Source: an uncultured Planctomycetales bacterium (lineage in GTDB: Bacteria; Omnitrophota; Gorgyraeia; Gygaellales; Profunditerraquicolaceae). Taken from it: a stretch of 64,000 nt of DNA. The stretch covers positions 1,027 through 65,026 of the forward strand of contig CAYPRG010000003.1 in the NCBI GenBank assembly GCA_964413025.1, given 5' to 3'. The translations under genes were made by a program, and so were the position numbers. The notes below the pieces were generated by a model. The model searched no databases and was not told the origin of the DNA. It saw only the letters and a program-made list of their open reading frames with translations. Positions 18,212 to 24,608 of the stretch are shown here, one piece after another. Numbering within the stretch: the first letter of the stretch is position 1; each line of letters starts with the position of its first letter.

Positions 18212-20233
18212 TTATTTTGTTGGCTCTTTAGGCCCTATTTCTTTCAGCATCTCTTTAGCTTCGTTGTCCTGAGGATAATTCTCTATAGACTTAAAAAGGA
18301 GCTGCCTTGCTTCCCTTATCTTGCCCTGCTTCAGGTAGATCTTGGCTAAACCGTTGTATTTCCTATATTCAACGTTAGGGCTGATCTCGATGGCTTTCTT
18401 CAAGTTGTCTTCTGCCTCGCTAAGTTTACCCTGTTTCAGATAAAGTAAACCTAAACCCTCATAAGGGCAGGAAAAAGTGGAGTTATTTATCTTCAAGGAT
18501 CTGGCTAATAATTGCTCAGCTTCCTTACTTTTCCCTTTATTCAAATAAACCATACCTAAGCCTGCGAGGGCATATTCGTTATTTTTATCTATCTCCATGG
18601 CGCGCTTAAAATATTTCTCGGCCTGGTCGTATTCTCCCAGCCAATTGTAGGCATTGCCCATGCCTAAGAGCGCGAGCAGCAAAAGAGGGTCTACCTTAAG
18701 AACCTTCTCGTAGCAGGCAATAGCTTCTCGATACTTATGTTCATTGGCATTTACCCAGCCTAGCCCCAACAAAGCCATAAACCTATCTTCTGATTCCATG
18801 CTGGCCTTCAGATTCAGGGCATCTTCAAAATATTTTCTTGCCAGCTTATAGTCTTTTCTGGCGTTAGCGATATGCCCCAGCCCGGCAAGGGAAGGACAAC
18901 TGGCCCCATACTCCTTCAGCAAACCATTAAAAATATGTTCGGCTGCAGCATAATCGCCCTGCATTATCAGGATATGCCCCTTTAATTGCAGGATCGGCTG
19001 CACATCCCCCTTGTCGACTGCTAAAGATAAAGCCTTCTCGATATAATCTTTCGCCTTGCTTAACTGGCCCATATGGTAGTAATAATAGGCAAAATCGTAG
19101 TACCCCAAATAGTTGTATGGATTTTTTTTAATCTTAGCCAGGAAGGCTTCTTCTGTCTTCGGGACATTGCCAAGTTTTTTATAGACCAGGCCGATGCCCT
19201 CATAGGGGCAAAGATAACGCTCATCGTATAAGCTCGTTTCAATCGACCTCTTATACCATTTTATTGCTTCGTCGTATTTATCCCGCATCCTGTAAATATT
19301 TCCTATACCCTCAGAAGCCCTGAATTCGTCTGGATTTATTTTAATTGCTTCTACGAACCACTTTTCTGCTTCATCTAATTTGCCCATATTTTCATAGACC
19401 CTGGCTAAGGAAACATAGCTCTGACTGTCTCCCGGCCTCGACCTGATTAATTCTCTGCTCCATTTTAGCGCTTCATCATATTTGCCTTTCTTCCTATTGG
19501 TAGTGGATAACTTATCGTAAACAGACGCATTATCCGGTTTAAATACAAGCGCCTTTTCATACCACTTGATGGCCAGGTCAAAATTACCCCTTTTTTCGTA
19601 AATCGTACCTATCCTCGAATAGATATCACTGTTTCGATGATCAATCTTTGAAGCCTCCTCATACCAGGCTAACGCACCTTTATACCTATCCATATTTTCA
19701 TAAATATCACCGATAGCTAAATAAACACGGCTATCATTAAAACCAATTTTTTTTGCTTTATCGAACCATTCCGTAGCCTTGCCATCGTCATTTAATTTTT
19801 CATAGACCCTGCCGATGCTTATGTAGATATATGCATTACCAGGGTCTATTTCTAAAGCCTTACTAAACCACTTTAACGCTTCGCCGTATTTTTTCATTTC
19901 TTCATATGCCCTGCCGATATCTGAATAAATACTTGGATTACGGGAATCTATCTCTAAAGCCTTATTAAACCACTTTAACGCTTCGAGATATTTGCTCCTC
20001 TTCTCGTAGACTTTACCCATCCCGTAATAACCCTGAGCATCGTTAGGGTATGATTTAACCATCTCAGTAAAGGATTTTTCCGCATCAGCATATTTTCCTT
20101 GCTCTATATACTGCCAGGCAGGAGACTCAGTGCCCGCGCATGAAATACTACCAGCAAAAACCATTAAAGCTAACAATAGCGTAGTAAATATTAAAATAAA
20201 CTTATATTTAGACATATATAAATAGGTTTTCAT
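18212..20233 (-). CDS. Secreted TPR-repeat protein (subtype A)
   Basis: Signal-like N-terminus FILIFTTLLLALMVFAGSISCAG and TPR periodicity. The N-terminus is homologous to that of 13232-15031. Confidence 0.85.
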   Translation of the reverse strand: MKTYLYMSKYKFILIFTTLLLALMVFAGSISCAGTESPAWQYIEQGKYADAEKSFTEMVKSYPNDAQGYYGMGKVYEKRSKYLEALKWFNKALEIDSRNPSIYSDIGRAYEEMKKYGEALKWFSKALEIDPGNAYIYISIGRVYEKLNDDGKATEWFDKAKKIGFNDSRVYLAIGDIYENMDRYKGALAWYEEASKIDHRNSDIYSRIGTIYEKRGNFDLAIKWYEKALVFKPDNASVYDKLSTTNRKKGKYDEALKWSRELIRSRPGDSQSYVSLARVYENMGKLDEAEKWFVEAIKINPDEFRASEGIGNIYRMRDKYDEAIKWYKRSIETSLYDERYLCPYEGIGLVYKKLGNVPKTEEAFLAKIKKNPYNYLGYYDFAYYYYHMGQLSKAKDYIEKALSLAVDKGDVQPILQLKGHILIMQGDYAAAEHIFNGLLKEYGASCPSLAGLGHIANARKDYKLARKYFEDALNLKASMESEDRFMALLGLGWVNANEHKYREAIACYEKVLKVDPLLLLALLGMGNAYNWLGEYDQAEKYFKRAMEIDKNNEYALAGLGMVYLNKGKSKEAEQLLARSLKINNSTFSCPYEGLGLLYLKQGKLSEAEDNLKKAIEISPNVEYRKYNGLAKIYLKQGKIREARQLLFKSIENYPQDNEAKEMLKEIGPKEPTK

Positions 20234-20234
20234 A

Positions 20235-21617
20235 TCATCGCTTATGCGGTCCTCTTAAAGGTAAGATAAGAAATAGGAAGGCATCAAAAGCTATTCTGGT
20301 TAATAATATAACATCATCCCAAGACTTGATTTTAGCTAACTGCTTGAACAAATAACCCGGCCTGAAATAAAATCTTAGGTAGGCATATTCAGCACCGCGT
20401 TTAGCTGATTCTTCGGCAGGAAGCATCGGCCTGCCTGATACATATTTACCATAAAAAGGCGCTCCTGGCAATATCTCAAGCCTATTAAATTGCGCATAAT
20501 CAACATCCAGTATTGAAATGAATTTAAATAGCTCCGCTAAAGACACCTTTATGCCTCTTAGCGAACCAAATATAAAAAACCCCATGACTTCCATGCCGGT
20601 TTCTTTAGCTAATCTAGCCGCGTGCTTTGACTGTCCGATTGTAATTCCTTTTTTTAATATATCCAGGGCATCTTGGGAATAACTCTCAAATCCAAAAGAT
20701 ATCTGATGGCAGCCGGCTTTATGCATTAAAGCCAACAGCTCCTTATCAACAAGGTCTACCCTTGTAGAAACTCGCCATGAGATATCTATATTATTGGAGA
20801 GTATGTATTCACACATTTTCCAGACAAGCTCTCTATTAGCAGTAAAGGCTTGGTCTTTAAAAAATATTTCGCCTATCCTGTATTTGGATACAATATCGTT
20901 TAATTCTTCAGTAATAGAACCGATGTTCCTGTATCTTATCTTGCCTAAAGCGAAAAGGCTGGAATTGCAAAACTCACACTTACCATACGGGCATCCGCGG
21001 CTTATAGTCATGGTAGTGACCGGGTTACGTTTATTAAAGATAACAAATCTATAAGCCTGGTTATCGATCAGCTGCCTCGCAGGCAGCGGTAATTTGTCTA
21101 AATCAACTAAACTTCTTCTGCCGCAAATAACTTTATTGCCGCTTAAATAAGCGATATTTTCGCTATAATCGCCCTTGGTTATATTTAACAAGGGTGATTC
21201 GTACTCGCCCAAAACGGCAAAGTCTGCGCTTTTATCGCTTAGAACTAACGATGGCTGATGGGTGACTAACGGGCCGGCAAAAATTACCTTCGCGTATGGA
21301 ATATTTTTCCTGATAAGCAGGGAAAGATCCTTGTCATCATCCAGGCTTAAGGACGTGGACGGTAAAAAAACATAATCTGGATGTTCTTTTTTAATAATTT
21401 CAATTATTTTCTTATGGGTTAAATGTTTTATGCTGCCTTCGATAATTTTTGCTTCGCAGCCGTTACTTATAAGATATGCCGCGGCGTACATCAAATCCAA
21501 TGGCGGCAAAGGCACGTAACCCGGATTATAGTGGCCTGACCAGTCCCTTAAATAGTGGCAATGGCCGAATATGCTAGCGCCTCTGCCTAGAGGATCCAGG
21601 AGTATTATTTTAGGCAT
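20235..21617 (-). CDS. Cobalamin-binding (class B) radical SAM enzyme with a variant CX4CX2C motif
   Basis: The N-terminal alpha/beta domain is followed by SRGCPYGKCEFCNSS. I checked this at nucleotide level (20967-20993, minus strand): cgc gga tgc ccg tat ggt aag tgt gag ttt tgc. Confidence 0.8.
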   Translation of the reverse strand: MPKIILLDPLGRGASIFGHCHYLRDWSGHYNPGYVPLPPLDLMYAAAYLISNGCEAKIIEGSIKHLTHKKIIEIIKKEHPDYVFLPSTSLSLDDDKDLSLLIRKNIPYAKVIFAGPLVTHQPSLVLSDKSADFAVLGEYESPLLNITKGDYSENIAYLSGNKVICGRRSLVDLDKLPLPARQLIDNQAYRFVIFNKRNPVTTMTISRGCPYGKCEFCNSSLFALGKIRYRNIGSITEELNDIVSKYRIGEIFFKDQAFTANRELVWKMCEYILSNNIDISWRVSTRVDLVDKELLALMHKAGCHQISFGFESYSQDALDILKKGITIGQSKHAARLAKETGMEVMGFFIFGSLRGIKVSLAELFKFISILDVDYAQFNRLEILPGAPFYGKYVSGRPMLPAEESAKRGAEYAYLRFYFRPGYLFKQLAKIKSWDDVILLTRIAFDAFLFLILPLRGPHKR

Positions 21618-21618
21618 A

Positions 21619-22464
21619 TTATTTGCTGCTCTTATTCTTTATATTTATCTGCTGTGGGTAATGTGGGTAGTGGCCGATTTTTGTTGGAGCATGCTTGAAT
21701 GGTGGACTACCGGGAGGAACCATCTTTCCATTGATCATCGCTTCTGTCAACTCAAGCGATTCGGTAATTTTATCTTCTTTCTTTTCATTCTGGCAATACC
21801 TGGCATCTTGGCAATATTGCACGGAGTTGTGTTCAGCTTTAATCCTGCCTATTCCTGGCGCAAGCCAGGTAGTTATTGTTTCTCTGCCGATCTCTGCCTC
21901 GTTTTTTTCTTCAAAATCATAAACAGAAACAAACTTAAGGCAATTTTTGAATTTACCCGCCCGAACCTCTACATCTTCTATTGAAGCCAGTGTTATAGTT
22001 AAAACTCCGGCATCCCTGATCCTCTCATCTTCAATATCCCTGACATCGTAAATTGTACTGATAATCTTATAAATCCTGCTCTCTCCAACTTTCATATTAT
22101 TGGGGAAAAACATCTTTGGCGGTTCATAAGTCTCGTAGTCGCCGTTGAACCATCCCCAATATTTATATAACTTTACCCCCTCAGAATCGATAGCTACGCA
22201 TTGATTTTTCGATTGCAAGGAGATTATTTTTCTTGTCTCGACCTTCCCTATCTTCTCAGTACCTTTTATTTTAGCTATTTCCTGGTCAATAATTTCTACA
22301 TTGCCCTCATTCACCACTAACTTATATACCCAGGTATTGCCTTCGGATAATGGATAATATTCTTTCAGGTTATAAGCTAAAAGCGTTCCGCTGAATGTAA
22401 ACCCTGCTGCCACCAATAGAATAAAAACACTAAAAATCATTAATGTTAGCCTATTTATCTTCAC
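21619..22464 (-). CDS. Secreted protein of unknown function (paralog of 27413-28201)
   Basis: Shares LLAYNLKEYYPLSEGNTWVYK, KIGxVET, YKYWGW, KFKxCLKF and WLAPGxGxxK with its paralog. The ORF track starts at 22485 (GTG). The GTG at 22464 lies downstream of AAGGAGGG and gives MKINRL..., which aligns with the paralog start MKLDNL. Confidence 0.75.
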   Translation of the reverse strand: MKINRLTLMIFSVFILLVAAGFTFSGTLLAYNLKEYYPLSEGNTWVYKLVVNEGNVEIIDQEIAKIKGTEKIGKVETRKIISLQSKNQCVAIDSEGVKLYKYWGWFNGDYETYEPPKMFFPNNMKVGESRIYKIISTIYDVRDIEDERIRDAGVLTITLASIEDVEVRAGKFKNCLKFVSVYDFEEKNEAEIGRETITTWLAPGIGRIKAEHNSVQYCQDARYCQNEKKEDKITESLELTEAMINGKMVPPGSPPFKHAPTKIGHYPHYPQQINIKNKSSK

Positions 22465-22545
22465 TCCGCCCTCCTTATTTAACACCTTAAAATTATTCAG
22501 CTTTAAAAGTTTTTATACTTAAAATTGTATCGGAGGCACTTTTAG

Positions 22546-22571
22546 TTGTCAAGCACTATCTAGCTTGACAA
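22546..22571. promoter_or_regulatory. Perfect 8-bp-arm palindrome (TTGTCAAG-N10-CTTGACAA) in the divergent intergenic region; candidate operator
   Basis: Read directly from the sequence: ttgtcaag cactatctag cttgacaa. It lies in the only sizeable non-coding gap (22465-22667), between divergently transcribed blocks. The right arm contains TTGACA. Confidence 0.3.
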
Positions 22572-22667
22572 GTTGATTATAATATAAGAAAATGTTAATG
22601 TATACTAATGTTTAAAGCAATAAAAAGGTACGGGCAAATACTCTGAATTAATCCGATAAGTATCTTA

Positions 22668-24590
22668 ATGAAAAGTAAAAACAATACTTATAAAGTATTT
22701 ATTCTATTAATTTTATGCTGTTTATTAGCCATAGTAGCGGGCTTTGGAAGGAATATTTCGCAAGGGCCTATCGAATGGGTAGGAGCTTGGGTAGATCTCG
22801 AAAAACCTAGCAATGTATCCTGCTTTGGCGCAACCGGCAAAATAACCCTCCAGGGCAAATACGCTTATCTTGCTGACAAAGCAGGTTTATCAATCCTCGA
22901 CATCTCCGACCCCGGGAAGCCCAAAGGAGTATCCCGCTTTAAGACTGGCGATAAAGTAGAAGGCATTTCTATCCGGGATAACTATGCTTTTCTTACTTGC
23001 AGCGATGCCGGACTTTATATCCTCGATATCTCTGATCCCGGGAAGCCCAAAGAAGTATCACGCTTTAGCGCTGATGGTTACGCGAAACATGTATCTCTCC
23101 AGGGTAAATACGCTTATCTGACTGCTGACGAAACAGGCTTTTATGTCCTAGACATCTCTAATCCCAACAAGCCCAAAGGAGTATCCCGCTTTAAAACTGG
23201 CGATAAAGTAGCAGGCATTTCTATCCGGAATAACTATGCTTTTCTTACTTGCAACGATGCCGGGCTCTATATCCTCGATATCTCCGACCCGGGGAAGCCC
23301 AAAGAGGTATCACGCTTTAAGGATAGTGATAAAGTAGAAGGCATTTCTATCCGGGATAACCATGCTTTTCTTGCTTGCAGCGATGCCGGGCTCTATATCC
23401 TCGATATCTCTGATCCCAGGAAGCCCAAAGAAGTATCCCGCTTTAAGACAAGCGGCAAGGCCATGGATGTTTCCCTCCAGGGTAATTACGCCTATCTGGC
23501 GTGTAACGAGGCAGGATTTTATACGCTGGATATCTCTGACCCCAGAAAGCCTAAAGAAGTATCCAGGTTTAAGGCAAGCGGCAAGGCCATAGATGTTTCC
23601 CTCCAGGGTAATTACGCCTATCTGGCGTGTAACGAAGCAGGATTTTATACGCTGGATATCTCTGACCCCAGAAAGCCTAAAGAAGTATCCAGGTTTAATA
23701 CGCCCGGCTATGCTAAAAAGGTATTCCTGCAAAATAAACATGCTTACTTCTCTACTGATGACGGACATCTATACATACTGGATATATCCAACCCTCAAAA
23801 GCATAAAGAAGTATCCCAATTTAATACAGTCGGAAAAACTATGGATATGTCTTTTCATGGCAATTATGCTTATCTTGCCAATAACAACGCAACCTGCTAT
23901 ATTTTAGATATCACTGACAACACAAATCCCAAAGAAGTATCCCAATTTGGCGCTCCAGGCTATGTCAAAAATATATCTATTCGCGATAAATATGCTTATA
24001 TTTCCGCTGACTATGCTAATCTTTATATACTTGATATCTCTGACCTGTCAAAACTAAAAAAAGTATCTCTGTTTAATGAAGGCGGCGAAACTAAGGGAAT
24101 ATTCCTTAAAGACAGGTACGCCTATTTTGTCACCGAGAGGGGCCTCTATGTACTGGATATCTCTGACCCCACGAAACCCGAAGAAGTGTCGTACTTTATC
24201 ATCGGCGGGCATGTTAAAGATGCATCTTTCCATGGGAAATATGCTTATCTTCTCCGGGAAGACTCCCTGTTCATTATTGATCTTTCTGACCCTGTCAGGG
24301 CAAAAAAGATACTCCGCTTTGATGAGATAGATAAAAACATCGGGGCTGCTTTTGTCCATAATGATTACGCTTACCTGGTAAGCAATAACTCAACGAATAA
24401 CGAAAAAAAGCTATATGCCCTGGATATTCAAAGCATATTTTCTATTGAACCGTGCGGGGCTATCCCAAAAAAGGCCTATTCCTTGCCAAGACGCGTACTT
24501 GGGATGGCCTTCCAGGACAAAGGAGATTATACTTACATCTACATCGTAAACGATAACGCAGGGTTACAGATTTTACGGCATCGAAAATAA
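22668..24590 (+). CDS. Secreted LVIVD-type beta-propeller repeat protein (13 recognisable repeats of about 42 aa)
   Basis: N-terminal signal/anchor VFILLILCCLLAIVAG. It has 13 units of the form GxxxxVxxxGNYAYLAxxxAGLYILDISDPxKPKEVSRF. The conserved N-terminal cap is IEWVGAW and the C-terminal cap is YTYIYIVNDNAGLQILRH. Confidence 0.8.
   Translation: MKSKNNTYKVFILLILCCLLAIVAGFGRNISQGPIEWVGAWVDLEKPSNVSCFGATGKITLQGKYAYLADKAGLSILDISDPGKPKGVSRFKTGDKVEGISIRDNYAFLTCSDAGLYILDISDPGKPKEVSRFSADGYAKHVSLQGKYAYLTADETGFYVLDISNPNKPKGVSRFKTGDKVAGISIRNNYAFLTCNDAGLYILDISDPGKPKEVSRFKDSDKVEGISIRDNHAFLACSDAGLYILDISDPRKPKEVSRFKTSGKAMDVSLQGNYAYLACNEAGFYTLDISDPRKPKEVSRFKASGKAIDVSLQGNYAYLACNEAGFYTLDISDPRKPKEVSRFNTPGYAKKVFLQNKHAYFSTDDGHLYILDISNPQKHKEVSQFNTVGKTMDMSFHGNYAYLANNNATCYILDITDNTNPKEVSQFGAPGYVKNISIRDKYAYISADYANLYILDISDLSKLKKVSLFNEGGETKGIFLKDRYAYFVTERGLYVLDISDPTKPEEVSYFIIGGHVKDASFHGKYAYLLREDSLFIIDLSDPVRAKKILRFDEIDKNIGAAFVHNDYAYLVSNNSTNNEKKLYALDIQSIFSIEPCGAIPKKAYSLPRRVLGMAFQDKGDYTYIYIVNDNAGLQILRHRK
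23451..23697 (+). repeat. In-frame tandem duplication, 2 x 126 bp (one propeller repeat), 2 mismatches
   Basis: The copy at 23451-23576 matches the copy starting at 23577. The only differences seen are ccatGgat/ccatAgat and aacgaGgc/aacgaAgc. It encodes SGKAMDVSLQGNYAYLACNEAGFYTLDISDPRKPKEVSRFKA twice. Confidence 0.9.
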
Positions 24591-24608
24591 AACCTATCAG
24601 TATAACAT

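Noticed and set aside
22565-22583. Consensus TTGACA and TATAAT hexamers that look like a textbook sigma-70 promoter.
   Set aside because: The hexamers are only 7 nt apart, against the expected spacing of about 17 nt. They cannot work together as a canonical promoter. I kept only the palindrome as a low-confidence regulatory candidate.
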